From contig CAZAZD010000005.1 of assembly GCA_964489535.1 (NCBI GenBank), positions 895 through 64,894 of the forward strand: a DNA stretch of 64,000 nt, given 5' to 3'. Positions 1 to 9,563 of the stretch are shown in pieces. The DNA comes from an uncultured Isosphaeraceae bacterium. Lineage in GTDB: Bacteria; Planctomycetota; Phycisphaerae; Phycisphaerales; SM1A02. Below the pieces are notes generated by a model that was given only the letters and a program-made list of their open reading frames with translations, did no database searches and had not been told where the DNA came from. Position numbers and translations under genes: made by a program. The first letter of the stretch is position 1; each line of letters opens with the position of its first letter.

Positions 1-199
1 TTTCAAGAACGATTTTATCATCAGCCAAACCCATTTCAACAAGCACTTCGCCAATCAACTTGCGTTCATCGCATTTCCGTTGTTGTTCCAGTGCACAATC
101 AAGTTGCTCTTGCGACAAAACTCCACGACGCAACAACAATTGACCAAGTGGTGCTTGGGCAGAAATCGCGGAGGTTTGATTATCTTGTTGGGGGTTCAT
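1..199 (-). CDS. GspE/PilB/MshE-family secretion/pilus ATPase; only the N-terminal ~66 codons are present and the gene runs off the left edge
   Basis: Reverse-strand ATG at 199-197. It is absent from the ORF track because the ORF is truncated. My translation is MNPQQDNQTSAISAQAPLGQLLLRRGVLSQEQLDCALEQQRKCDERKLIGEVLVEMGLADDKIVLE, which looks like a T2SSE_N/MshEN helical N-domain. The start lies 7 nt downstream of the STAS gene stop. Confidence 0.6.
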   Translation of the reverse strand, partial: MNPQQDNQTSAISAQAPLGQLLLRRGVLSQEQLDCALEQQRKCDERKLIGEVLVEMGLADDKIVLE

Positions 200-206
200 T
201 CTTTGT

Positions 207-542
207 TTATGTAAAACTCCGTGCTGCTTGTTCTACTGATTCGTGGGTGCTAAATATGCGATTCAAGCGTGTCAATTCAAAAATGCGATCCACCGAGCTT
301 GGAACGGAAGCAAATCGAAGTTTGTTTCCGGCTCTACTCAGTTCATCGGACAGCCAAAGAAGCGACTCAAGACCAATCGAGTCAATTAACCCCAAGGACG
401 AGCAATCAAGAATGACGTTCGTGCTGAATTTTTCTACCTTTTCTCGGACATCACGTTGAAAACGATCGCTGTCATCCGTGGTTAAATCGCCTGTAATGCA
501 GATTACCGTTGCTGCACGATGTGATTCTGCTGTAATGTTCAT
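207..542 (-). CDS. STAS-domain protein (SpoIIAA-like anti-sigma-factor antagonist fold)
   Basis: 111 aa. ILDCSSLGLIDSIGLESLLWL...LRFASVPSSVDRIFELTRLNRIF is a typical STAS pattern. Its ATG overlaps the upstream stop as ATGA. Confidence 0.75.
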   Translation of the reverse strand: MNITAESHRAATVICITGDLTTDDSDRFQRDVREKVEKFSTNVILDCSSLGLIDSIGLESLLWLSDELSRAGNKLRFASVPSSVDRIFELTRLNRIFSTHESVEQAARSFT

Positions 543-2185
543 GCCGCTTTCCTTTCGCCAGTTATAGGACGACTTTCATTGAGGGCAGGGTCCAATGAAG
601 GGCGACCTGTCTGATGATCAACCATGAGTTGTTCCCAGTTTGAAAAATCAAGTTCAAAAAAGAGTTCTGCGAGCTCGGGATCAAACTGCGAGCCGACAAC
701 GCGCCTCATCTCATCAAGCACGGCATTGCGATTCATCGCATTGCGATACGTACGGCTTGACGACATCGCATCAAATGTATCTGCAAGAGAAATCATTCGC
801 GCAACAAGTGGAATATCGTTTCCAGCGATACCGTATGGGTAACCGCCACCAGAATACTTCTCGTGGTGGTGCAAAACGCCGCCAAGAATGTCTTCCATTT
901 GCGGAATGTCTTTAAGTATTTTCGCGCCGATTTCAGGATGCTTTTGAATTTCTGCAAACTCATCCTTCGTCAAGCCGCCCTTCTTTGTAAGTACATGCTC
1001 AGGAACTCCAATCTTGCCTATGTCGTGCACAAGCCCAGCGATTCGGAATCGGTCGACTTGATCAGCGTTCAAGCCCGCTTTTTCTGCGAGTTGTGAAGTT
1101 AATAATGCCACCCTTTGAGAATGACCACAGGTGTACTTATCTTTCGCATCAATGGAAGCAGTTAACGCTTCAAGCGTTCCAAAAAACGTTGCGCTTAAAT
1201 CTTCATATAAAAGTGCGTTTTCAAGGAAAATAGCGAGTTGTGACGCCGTTGCAGACAACAATTTAATGTCTACAGAGGATGCTTCTGAGTCATTCCCCTG
1301 CTTATTTGCTGCGACGAGGACTCCAATAACGTTTCCATCGCTCACAATTGGTTCAATAATCGTTGCCAGTCCCAAGCGGTTTGCAACAGAATCATCGCCA
1401 TGAGAAACGATTGGCGCCGCTTCGATATCGTTTGTGACCGAACGAACAACGTCCGATGCGTTGGTTGGTGCACTACCAGCAAAAACTAATTCGCTCCCAA
1501 TTCTCGGAAGACGATCACCTATGCGAAGTTGCACGCCAATCCATTCGTAGGGCAATGTTTGTAACAGTTCGTTGCATGCAAGTTCAACAAATCGCTTTGG
1601 ATGATTCACCGAATTCATACTTCCTGTAATGGTGTACAACAAATTTATTTCTTCGTACGAATCAGCAAGTTCTTGACCAACTGCATCCATTGTGTTTTGA
1701 TTCGTGTTGCTTGATGCCTGTGCATTCCACGCAAATTGGAACATCGATGCAATTCTTTGAACATCCTGAGTTGCAACTGGAGAAAGTGAATGCAACATAT
1801 CACGAACAACTGTTGTGTCCGCGCCGCTTGCTTGACAGAGCGCGTGTAAATATTCGCTTGTGCACAGCCCATCGGTAATTATCACACCGATAGCAAAACC
1901 ACCATCTCGCCGATTCTCTTTTCGTACTGGAACCAACCAAAGGCCTTGAAATGCCTCCGCTGGTTGTAGCGAACCTTGGCTGTCCCAGGTGGCAAAGTTT
2001 GAACTAACAGCAAGACGCACGAGTGGAGACGCTGTAAGCAAATCAACGAGCCAATCGCTTCGGTCTGTTGTGGTAAGTTTTCCCGTTTCGTCACAAAACA
2101 ACATCGTCATACCAGCATCATGGACCAACTTCGCAAGTGGCGAAGAAGTGTCACGGATTATTGATGTAAAGTTGTTAATATTCAC
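539..2185 (-). CDS. GAF-domain HD-GYP c-di-GMP phosphodiesterase
   Basis: Contains HDIGKIGVP...HHHEKYSGGGYPYG...SLADTFDAM (HD and GYP motifs) after a GAF-like region. I favour the GTG start at 2185, which overlaps the receiver-gene stop as GTGA. The ORF track extends to an ATG at 2242. Confidence 0.85.
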   Translation of the reverse strand: MNINNFTSIIRDTSSPLAKLVHDAGMTMLFCDETGKLTTTDRSDWLVDLLTASPLVRLAVSSNFATWDSQGSLQPAEAFQGLWLVPVRKENRRDGGFAIGVIITDGLCTSEYLHALCQASGADTTVVRDMLHSLSPVATQDVQRIASMFQFAWNAQASSNTNQNTMDAVGQELADSYEEINLLYTITGSMNSVNHPKRFVELACNELLQTLPYEWIGVQLRIGDRLPRIGSELVFAGSAPTNASDVVRSVTNDIEAAPIVSHGDDSVANRLGLATIIEPIVSDGNVIGVLVAANKQGNDSEASSVDIKLLSATASQLAIFLENALLYEDLSATFFGTLEALTASIDAKDKYTCGHSQRVALLTSQLAEKAGLNADQVDRFRIAGLVHDIGKIGVPEHVLTKKGGLTKDEFAEIQKHPEIGAKILKDIPQMEDILGGVLHHHEKYSGGGYPYGIAGNDIPLVARMISLADTFDAMSSSRTYRNAMNRNAVLDEMRRVVGSQFDPELAELFFELDFSNWEQLMVDHQTGRPSLDPALNESRPITGERKAA

Positions 2186-2592
2186 GCAGCATCTCGCTTT
2201 TCTGCACTTGCGCCCTGAACTGACGAGAGCAATTGTGCACATAATTCAGAAATCCCACGAGGACTAAATGGCTTGCTTAATACTTTGCGAACATTTGGTA
2301 TTTCTGTGTCGCTTGCCTCAAGGGTATGACCACGCGCAGTAAGCACAACTACTGGTATATGCGATGTTGCAGAGTCTTTTGATAGTGCAAGCGCGAACTC
2401 AAGACCATTCATGTATGGCATTTGCACATCTGTAATCACAAGATCGGGAGGGTTCATTTTTACTTGATGCAACGCATCTTCGCCATCAACTGCAGTTGCA
2501 ATATCGTAGCCACAGTTACGCAACTTCAGTGAGAGGACTTGCAAAATGTGTGCTTCATCGTCAACAATTAAAATAGAGTGCTTCTGTGTCAT
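2182..2592 (-). CDS. Single-domain response regulator (CheY-like receiver)
   Basis: ILIVDDEAHILQVL...DLVITDVQMPYMNGLEF...VVVLTA...KPF. The ATG at 2592 overlaps the kinase stop as ATGA. Confidence 0.9.
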   Translation of the reverse strand: MTQKHSILIVDDEAHILQVLSLKLRNCGYDIATAVDGEDALHQVKMNPPDLVITDVQMPYMNGLEFALALSKDSATSHIPVVVLTARGHTLEASDTEIPNVRKVLSKPFSPRGISELCAQLLSSVQGASAEKRDAA

Positions 2593-3875
2593 GCTGCCTT
2601 TCGTTGACCTCGCTCTGCTGGAATAGAAAACCAAAACTTTGACCCCATGCCCAATGTTGATTCCAAACCAATTTGCCCACTGTGGAGTGTTTCAATAATG
2701 TGTTGGCAAAGATTTAAGCCAAGCCCAGTACCTTTGGCAACATGTCGGTAATTCTCAATTCTAAAGAACTTATCAAACACTTTACCGGTTTGGTCTGGGG
2801 CAATTCCAAGACCAGTGTCCGACACCGAGAAGTGCAAACTGCGTGTCAAATTGTCGGTGTCTGCTGCAATTGTGATACGACCACCTTCTGGCGTGTACTT
2901 AATTGCGTTCGAAAGCAAGTTAACAATGACTTGATAAAGCATGTCGCCGTCGGCCACAACAGATAAATCGACATCTGCTATCTGCGATTGAATCTCAAGT
3001 TTCTTTTCATTTGCTTGTGGCTTCATGTTTGTCACAGCACGTTGAACAATCTCGGCAAAGTCCACCGATGTTCGGTCAATATGCATCAAGCCAGCTTCGA
3101 TTTGGCTTATGTTCAAGAGATTGTCAATCATTCGCTGAAGCCGCTGCGTTTCAGTTGTAATCACACTATAAAAATCTTGCCGAGTTGCTTCATCCTGAGC
3201 ATCGCCATCAACAAGCATTTCGATATATGCCGCAATGGAAGAGAGTGGAGTACGTAACTCGTGACTTGCTTTAGAAACAAAGTCACTCTTAAGTCGAGCA
3301 ATCTCCCTCTCTCGTGATAAGTCGCGAAGAACGGTAACAACTGCATGCATCGCTTCATCTTTATGACCAACTGATTGCAAATGCACTTCGTACGAAACCG
3401 TTTCGTCGCCATTCTTAATTTCTTGTTCGTAAAGTCGTCCTTCTTTTGAAAGACCACTGCGTGCATGAGAAATTGTTGCAGCGAGCTGGTGATCGGCTAT
3501 GACTTCTGTAAGTGGTTTTCCAGTAGCTTCGTTCGTTGAAACGGATAGCAGCCCAGAGGCAATTTTATTTACATGCAGTACTTCACCGTGTGCATCAACA
3601 ACTATGACGGCATCACGCAAGACATCAAACACTGCTTCAACTTGACGGCGGTGCGTGCGGTCAATGCATGTATGGATTTTTGCAGAGTCGAGCGCGCCAT
3701 TTGCTTCTTCTGCTTCTTGGTTCGCAAGGTACATTGCTGCAACCGCTGCGGACTCACGTGCCTTCCATTTCAATGCAATGAAAACCGCAACCACTGCTAC
3801 GACGGTTGTTACGGTTAGAATTGAAATTGAAATTGGGTCTGTAAACACGCGGCACCTTGGGTTGTTCCTACCCAA
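2589..3875 (-). CDS. Membrane-anchored PAS sensor histidine kinase
   Basis: N-terminal TM segment, a PAS-like region, the H-box SHELRTPLSSI, and HATPase N/G boxes (LLSNAIKYTP, DTGLGI, GTGLGL). Confidence 0.9.
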   Translation of the reverse strand: MGRNNPRCRVFTDPISISILTVTTVVAVVAVFIALKWKARESAAVAAMYLANQEAEEANGALDSAKIHTCIDRTHRRQVEAVFDVLRDAVIVVDAHGEVLHVNKIASGLLSVSTNEATGKPLTEVIADHQLAATISHARSGLSKEGRLYEQEIKNGDETVSYEVHLQSVGHKDEAMHAVVTVLRDLSREREIARLKSDFVSKASHELRTPLSSIAAYIEMLVDGDAQDEATRQDFYSVITTETQRLQRMIDNLLNISQIEAGLMHIDRTSVDFAEIVQRAVTNMKPQANEKKLEIQSQIADVDLSVVADGDMLYQVIVNLLSNAIKYTPEGGRITIAADTDNLTRSLHFSVSDTGLGIAPDQTGKVFDKFFRIENYRHVAKGTGLGLNLCQHIIETLHSGQIGLESTLGMGSKFWFSIPAERGQRKAA

Positions 3876-3889
3876 GTTGACGTACGCGT

Positions 3890-5101
3890 CTAAGGGGCAA
3901 GAGGGGAATCTTGAGTGACACCCACAATTGGCTGGCTTCCCTCAACCAGTCCAACGGGGTGTTGCTCAGCATCACCTTCGACCGAATATGTCGTCATATT
4001 CTGTGTAATTAGACTTTCTACGCGCAATTTTGCGCTTTTTGTATACGATTGAAGAAGTAAATCCAAGCCCTCAATGGTGTTATCGGACTGTGCTTTTGCA
4101 AACAATTGCTCTCCTCGAACAGCGTCTCCAGAGCGCAGAGCAACAATCCCTTCAAACAGAGGGCCCTCTGCAAATTCGGGTGCTAACTCGTTTATTTTCT
4201 TGCCACACAGAGCAACTCGATCATAGTCGCCCATCTCCCACGCGATGAATCCAAGGTCAACCCACGCGCCCGCGTCATCTGGCGTTTGTCTTGTTACTCT
4301 CAAGCAGATATCTCTACCCTGAATTTGCCGACCCGTTGCCGAGAGACATTTTCCCTTTAACCGCTGGAACGTGTACGACAACTCGCTTGTTTCTTGAAGC
4401 TGGGCAATGGTGTACAAACATTTTGCATACTCGCCAGCATTGAACTGCGCCGTTGCAAGTAACGTCAAGACTTCAGCATCATCATTACCGAGCAATCTTG
4501 AATCCGATATAAATTTCGATGCCTCTTTTGGATTACCTTTTCGCAAATGAATGTGCCCGAGCAATGCAGTAACTGCGGGTTGGTGCTGAAACTCTTTTCC
4601 TGCGGTGCTCAGAAGTTCTATTCCTTCATCAAGTTGTCCGAGTGCAGCGTGCGACTCAGCAGCAGCAAGTAAGAATTGTGGATGAGTTGGATTGCACTCC
4701 ATTGCTTTCTTGTAACACGCTAATGCTGGCACATCTTCTGACCATCGCTGGTGCAACACACCAAGAAAATAATGTGACTCTGCAACTTTAGAGTCTAGTT
4801 CTATAGACCGAGCAAGCGATTTACTCGCTGCGTCTAACCGATGCTGTTCGATTAAGACTCTTCCTCGAAGCAAGTGGTATTTCGCATTTTCTTCATACCT
4901 CGCAATCGCTGCATCGATAGTTTCAAGCGCTGCTTTAAGTTGCCCGACTTCAAATTGTTGCATTGCTTGTTGTGCTGCTAGGTCTGCATTTACTACGTCC
5001 ATTCTTTGGTGGGCGTTCGCACGTGCTATTTTTCCTTGCTTTGTCGGTCCAGCACAACCCGCGAGAATACACAATCCAACCATGACTGCAAAACGATTCA
5101 T
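3890..5101 (-). CDS. TPR-repeat lipoprotein (PilF/PilW-like candidate secretin pilotin)
   Basis: Lipobox LAGCAG at the N-terminus and multiple TPR-like repeats. Its start overlaps the secretin stop as ATGA. Confidence 0.7.
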   Translation of the reverse strand: MNRFAVMVGLCILAGCAGPTKQGKIARANAHQRMDVVNADLAAQQAMQQFEVGQLKAALETIDAAIARYEENAKYHLLRGRVLIEQHRLDAASKSLARSIELDSKVAESHYFLGVLHQRWSEDVPALACYKKAMECNPTHPQFLLAAAESHAALGQLDEGIELLSTAGKEFQHQPAVTALLGHIHLRKGNPKEASKFISDSRLLGNDDAEVLTLLATAQFNAGEYAKCLYTIAQLQETSELSYTFQRLKGKCLSATGRQIQGRDICLRVTRQTPDDAGAWVDLGFIAWEMGDYDRVALCGKKINELAPEFAEGPLFEGIVALRSGDAVRGEQLFAKAQSDNTIEGLDLLLQSYTKSAKLRVESLITQNMTTYSVEGDAEQHPVGLVEGSQPIVGVTQDSPLAP

Positions 5102-6813
5102 TGAACTACCTCTGCACTCATTTGTGCTGTTTGCGCTTCTCGATGCAGGAGTTTGCGAATCAAATCACGCTCCCACACTGATTCTTGTTCATTCGTTATT
5201 CTTTCCCGCAATCGAATCATTTCTGGTTGCTCAGTTGTATTGCGAAGTGACAGATTAGACCAGTACAGCGCCTTGTCCAAATCACCAATACGGTACGCAT
5301 TCAGCGCATCTCGATTGTAATTTGCAGTAATTTGATCTTTGCTAAAAGGCAATAATCCCGCACGAGCACCAACGCGAACTGATTCAACAATATCTAGCGA
5401 ATCTCTGCCTGCTTCCCAAAGACGTTCGTCAGGAATAATGGATGGAGTCAAGAGAAATATAATTTCTTCCTTTTCAACTTGGTCATCTTGTCCACGAAAC
5501 GCCGCTCCAAGGAGCGGGATGTCGCCAAGAAACGGAACTTGGTTGCGACCTATTGTTGTAGATTCTCTAAATAGTCCACCAAGAATAATTGTTTCGCCAT
5601 CACGACAGCGAACGTTCGTCATTATCTGTTGGGTGATTTCATCTGGAATCGATTGTCCTGCGTCTGTACGCAACGTTGCACTCGATACGTTTGGATGCAA
5701 CTCCATCCGAATCATGCCATCGGGTGAAATGAAGGGTCTGAATACTAATTGAATACCAGTATCTAAAAATTCAACCGTTTGCGTTGTGCTCGTATCCGTT
5801 TGTGTACTTGAAAGATAGCCAACTCTCGTGCCTATGAGAACCTCGGCACGTTGACGGTTCAAGCAAGTAATTCTTGGGCGGGCCATTACAGTCGTGTCAA
5901 CCACTTGGTCAAGTACTTTCAGGAATGCGCCAACATGATCTTTAATTATCCCCGCCTTTAATCCACCTGAAAAAGATGAAGAATCCGTTGCGCCTACTCC
6001 TGAAGTAACCGCTTCTATGTTTGTATCACCAAAAGTGCCAGAGATTACACTTTGTGCAGCCGATAGCGGACCACCCGCAATTCCTCCGATTTGAATATTT
6101 GAAAGGGCAGTAAAATCCACACCAAATTCATTGTCTTCGGTGACTTTCGTTTGGACAATTGTTGCTTCTACAACCACCTGTGCTGGCGGAGTATCTAATT
6201 CGGTCAGCAATAATGCGATTGTCTCTAAGTTTTCTGGGTAATCATTAATAACAAGTTTACTTGCCCACGCGTAACTATCTCCACCTCCATCAGTGAGAGA
6301 TGGTTGATACCCTGCTTCAACATCCCCTCGAAATGCCGCTTTGCCATTTTCAGAAAGAAGCGGTTTTACAAATTCATCTGCGTCTGCTGCTGATAAATAT
6401 TGCAACTCGTAAATGCGACTCTCGGTTTTACGTCTTGCTTTTTCAATCGTGTCCAATTCTTCAAGTGTATAGACATACACAAAGTTTCCTTCTTCAATGT
6501 AACCGAAGCCATTGACGCGAAGCACCGCATCGAGCGCTTCGTTAAACGTTACGTCGTACAAGTTTGCTGAAACTGCTCCCGTCACATTGTTTGATGCAAT
6601 AATGTTTTTACGGCTTTGAATCGCCAGCATTTCAAGTACTTGCACGACTTCGGTTTCATTGACAACAAGGTCAACAGTACCAAACTCGTCCATCACAACC
6701 TCTTCGCTTGCCTCTTGTGCGACAGATAGTGGTGTCAGAAAAAGAAGAGAAAATAATAATGCAGTGAGTGTTTTTTTCACGGGTGCGTCTCCATACGCGC
6801 ACCCACAACCCAT
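5098..6813 (-). CDS. Secretin (PilQ/GspD family) with a ~115-aa C-terminal extension
   Basis: Signal peptide and N0/STN-like domain. The secretin C-domain signature VPFLGDIPLLGAAFRG...EEIIFLLTPSII is present. Confidence 0.9.
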   Translation of the reverse strand: MGCGCAYGDAPVKKTLTALLFSLLFLTPLSVAQEASEEVVMDEFGTVDLVVNETEVVQVLEMLAIQSRKNIIASNNVTGAVSANLYDVTFNEALDAVLRVNGFGYIEEGNFVYVYTLEELDTIEKARRKTESRIYELQYLSAADADEFVKPLLSENGKAAFRGDVEAGYQPSLTDGGGDSYAWASKLVINDYPENLETIALLLTELDTPPAQVVVEATIVQTKVTEDNEFGVDFTALSNIQIGGIAGGPLSAAQSVISGTFGDTNIEAVTSGVGATDSSSFSGGLKAGIIKDHVGAFLKVLDQVVDTTVMARPRITCLNRQRAEVLIGTRVGYLSSTQTDTSTTQTVEFLDTGIQLVFRPFISPDGMIRMELHPNVSSATLRTDAGQSIPDEITQQIMTNVRCRDGETIILGGLFRESTTIGRNQVPFLGDIPLLGAAFRGQDDQVEKEEIIFLLTPSIIPDERLWEAGRDSLDIVESVRVGARAGLLPFSKDQITANYNRDALNAYRIGDLDKALYWSNLSLRNTTEQPEMIRLRERITNEQESVWERDLIRKLLHREAQTAQMSAEVVQ

Positions 6814-7343
6814 CAGCGGTGAGGGGACGCTATCGTGAGTTCATATCGGCGGTCTCCAGCCGAAATGATGACTGAACGCCCTAATACATCCGTTAGCCGC
6901 AGTGCATCCGGCACATCCTGCACAACCACAATATCGCCCTTTTGGATAACTCGACCATTGATCATGACCACTTTGCCCATGATTCCTTCAAGTGTTAAGC
7001 CAGCAATTATCTCTTGTTCTGCCTTGATTGTTGAATCTAGATAATGTGGCTTATTATTATCGGTCACTTTGTATTCGGTTGGGAATGCATTCCAATTGAT
7101 CGTGAAGGGATTCTTCGCTGGCTCTGTTTCCAAAAAAACAGGGACTGAGATTTTATCGGTAGTTGCAAGTACTTGAACCGATGCCTCTATAACCGGATCT
7201 GCGACAGCTGTTCGCGGCGGTCTCGCGATAACAATAATCCTTGCCCAAAGGAGCAATCCAACAAACAAAAGCGTGCAAAACAAACCAAAACGTCTTCGGT
7301 CCGCTGTTAAGCGTTGCCAAGTTAATCTCATTTTTTTATTCAT
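6813..7343 (-). CDS. PilP/GspC-like membrane-anchored pilus/secretion assembly protein
   Basis: One N-terminal TM helix. C-terminal LTLEGIMGKVVMINGRVIQKGDIV resembles the PilP/GspC HR beta-domain. It sits between the PilO-like and secretin genes. Confidence 0.45.
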   Translation of the reverse strand: MNKKMRLTWQRLTADRRRFGLFCTLLFVGLLLWARIIVIARPPRTAVADPVIEASVQVLATTDKISVPVFLETEPAKNPFTINWNAFPTEYKVTDNNKPHYLDSTIKAEQEIIAGLTLEGIMGKVVMINGRVIQKGDIVVVQDVPDALRLTDVLGRSVIISAGDRRYELTIASPHR

Positions 7344-7903
7344 TTCTGTGCACTCCCACTGTCGTACATAGCGTGCAACCCTATCGCTGCTTCAAGTACT
7401 GGCAGGTCGCCATTGTTTTCAATGTCTTTTGACGTGATTCGTAACGATGAAACACGAATAAACCTGTTCATTGATTCGACATTATGTATGACTGAAAAAA
7501 TAGAATCAAAATCTGCGTGTAGTGTTACCGCAAGTGGCTGGATTGAGAATCCTCCACCTTGCTCTTGTTTTGACGAAGAAGCTCCTGCGGTAAAACTTTG
7601 ATCAAGTACGTATTGCCCGTCAACCTCCAGCGACAGTGCCTTCACTATTTGTGCTGTATCTGGAGAAGTTAAAACACGCTTGCACTCTGATTCTGCTTGC
7701 TTTTCAAGGGCAAGAAAATCTTGGTGCATTTTTTGAACTTCAACTTGGCGGCGTTCAAGTTGCGTAATTCTATTTTCCAATTCAAGCGCACTAGAAGATG
7801 CGTTTGTAACGTTTTGATAGTTTGGAACTATAAAGAAACAAACAAACAATACCGTTAATACAAACGCGCCAAACAACAGCCAACGCTCACGTGATGCAGT
7901 CAT
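7340..7903 (-). CDS. PilO-like assembly protein
   Basis: TM helix plus coiled coil (LELENRITQLERRQVEVQKMHQDF) plus a C-terminal ferredoxin-like region. Gene order supports the call. Confidence 0.55.
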   Translation of the reverse strand: MTASRERWLLFGAFVLTVLFVCFFIVPNYQNVTNASSSALELENRITQLERRQVEVQKMHQDFLALEKQAESECKRVLTSPDTAQIVKALSLEVDGQYVLDQSFTAGASSSKQEQGGGFSIQPLAVTLHADFDSIFSVIHNVESMNRFIRVSSLRITSKDIENNGDLPVLEAAIGLHAMYDSGSAQK

Positions 7904-8496
7904 TCTTCACCTCCAACGACAATCAAGCGGGAAACTTCCCATTGACTTTCTAAATCGATAAGAAAACTCACTCTGAATTCACGTGCACGCATTCCTCGAA
8001 CAGTACGCGACTTGCTGTAGTCCATGGACACTGATCCGAACGGTGCTTGCGTTTGCAGTGTTGAAACAAGTGACGCAATCATTTCGTCTGTTGCCGCGAA
8101 ACCAGCAAGGCGGCCACTTATCCCTTTCCCGTCTTCTGTTTGCACAATATCAAGAGATATATCTTCTAGAGTCATTGACTCTGGAAGCATATTTGTAATG
8201 GTAGACACAATATCTCCCATTGCAAATGTAATCTTCTCTTTGTCATATCTATCAATAAAAGATTCAAGGCGTGCCTTTTTCAACTCCAGCGAAGAAGCAT
8301 CGATTTCAAGTTCAAGCGCACTGTTTGCTCGAGTTTGCATAACGATGAGATGCTCCACAGCTGCGTTCATAGAGAGCCGCGAGTGTGTTGCAACTGCTGC
8401 AACTGCGCAAAGTGTAATTATTATGGCAACTGCAACACGGTTGCTTCTTGCTTTGTTTTTGCTTCGCTCAATATATTGATCAGGCAATAAATTCAT
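7900..8496 (-). CDS. PilN-like assembly protein
   Basis: N-terminal MNLLPDQY (the conserved INLLP-type motif), then a TM helix and a coiled coil. Coupled by ATGA overlap to the PilM-like gene. Confidence 0.65.
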   Translation of the reverse strand: MNLLPDQYIERSKNKARSNRVAVAIIITLCAVAAVATHSRLSMNAAVEHLIVMQTRANSALELEIDASSLELKKARLESFIDRYDKEKITFAMGDIVSTITNMLPESMTLEDISLDIVQTEDGKGISGRLAGFAATDEMIASLVSTLQTQAPFGSVSMDYSKSRTVRGMRAREFRVSFLIDLESQWEVSRLIVVGGEE

Positions 8497-9563
8497 GCTG
8501 CATCCTTTATTACGATGTCGCTGTCGCTTCGGCGTCTTTGCTGTTGCATGCTTACTAAACTTGCACCAAGTGCAACATGCCAGCCATTGGAGTGGATAAC
8601 CCCACTAGGCAATGCTTGGATATGGGGAACATCCCTGTCCGAAACAACCTCTTGGCTACACGATGCCTTGAGCACATTTGCTAAATGTGTATTCCATCCA
8701 GAGTTTCCAGTCACAATTAAGTGTGTAGAAAGTGGCCCTCGATTTGTCACGCCGTAATGTCGAGTGCATTTCATAACGTCCGTTGCAATCGCTTCGTGTG
8801 TTGCACGTGTTGCATCTCGAACAGCTTTGCTGATATCTAAATCTACTGGCTCATTTTGAGAAACCATGAGCATTCGTTTTGCTTGCTCTATTGTTACGTC
8901 TGTATGCGATGCGATTGCTTCAATTAAATTCGATCCGCAGTGTTCAAGGTGCTTATAAAAAACTAATACATCTCCAGCAAGAACCATAAACGAAGAGTCG
9001 TACAAACCAAAATCCAGCACAGACCGAACGGTAGATTGATCGCTTTGGCGTCTGTGCAACATGCTTAATGTTCGAGCAACGGAAACACAATACGGTTCAA
9101 TGGCGGTTGGCCGAAGTCCCGATGCATACAGTGGATCTAGTAAACCAGAGAGTACTTGATGGTCGATTGCAATAGCAAGTACATCGCCACCAGTTCCAAC
9201 AGGAATCGCATCAAGTTGCAGGGTTGAGCGTTCTACTCCAAGACGATCAACCAGTTCCCAAGCGGCGGCCTCTTTGAGTTCTTCTTCGCTCATGTTTGGA
9301 AGTTGCAACACTTGGTGATGGGCAATTGATGGCGGAAGAGATAGCACACAATCTGAACCCGTCATTCCAGTTTGATTGATGTGTGTTTGCCAACATCCTG
9401 CAGTAAGATCCCGAGGGTTAACATCTATTCGTTTTACAATAGGATGTTGGTAACCACCATTTTTCCAAGAACATTGACCAATAGTTACACCGCCATCGTG
9501 AAATGCGATGCCAATTTGACCTTTTGTGTTTTTCTTTTTTGAAAACATCTTAAGGAGAACCAA
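8493..9563 (-). CDS. PilM-like actin-fold pilus assembly protein
   Basis: 356 aa with an IGIAFHDGGV start, an LIVTGNSG late motif, and a position upstream of the PilN-like gene. Confidence 0.7.
   Translation of the reverse strand: MVLLKMFSKKKNTKGQIGIAFHDGGVTIGQCSWKNGGYQHPIVKRIDVNPRDLTAGCWQTHINQTGMTGSDCVLSLPPSIAHHQVLQLPNMSEEELKEAAAWELVDRLGVERSTLQLDAIPVGTGGDVLAIAIDHQVLSGLLDPLYASGLRPTAIEPYCVSVARTLSMLHRRQSDQSTVRSVLDFGLYDSSFMVLAGDVLVFYKHLEHCGSNLIEAIASHTDVTIEQAKRMLMVSQNEPVDLDISKAVRDATRATHEAIATDVMKCTRHYGVTNRGPLSTHLIVTGNSGWNTHLANVLKASCSQEVVSDRDVPHIQALPSGVIHSNGWHVALGASLVSMQQQRRRSDSDIVIKDAA

Noticed and set aside
8024-8479. 151-aa plus-strand ORF opposite the PilN-like gene. Similar antisense ORFs lie at 14317-14859, 15404-15964 and 54022-54633.
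   Set aside because: All of them lie antisense to well-supported genes in tightly packed operons and translate to low-complexity Ser/Ala/Thr/Ile-rich sequence.
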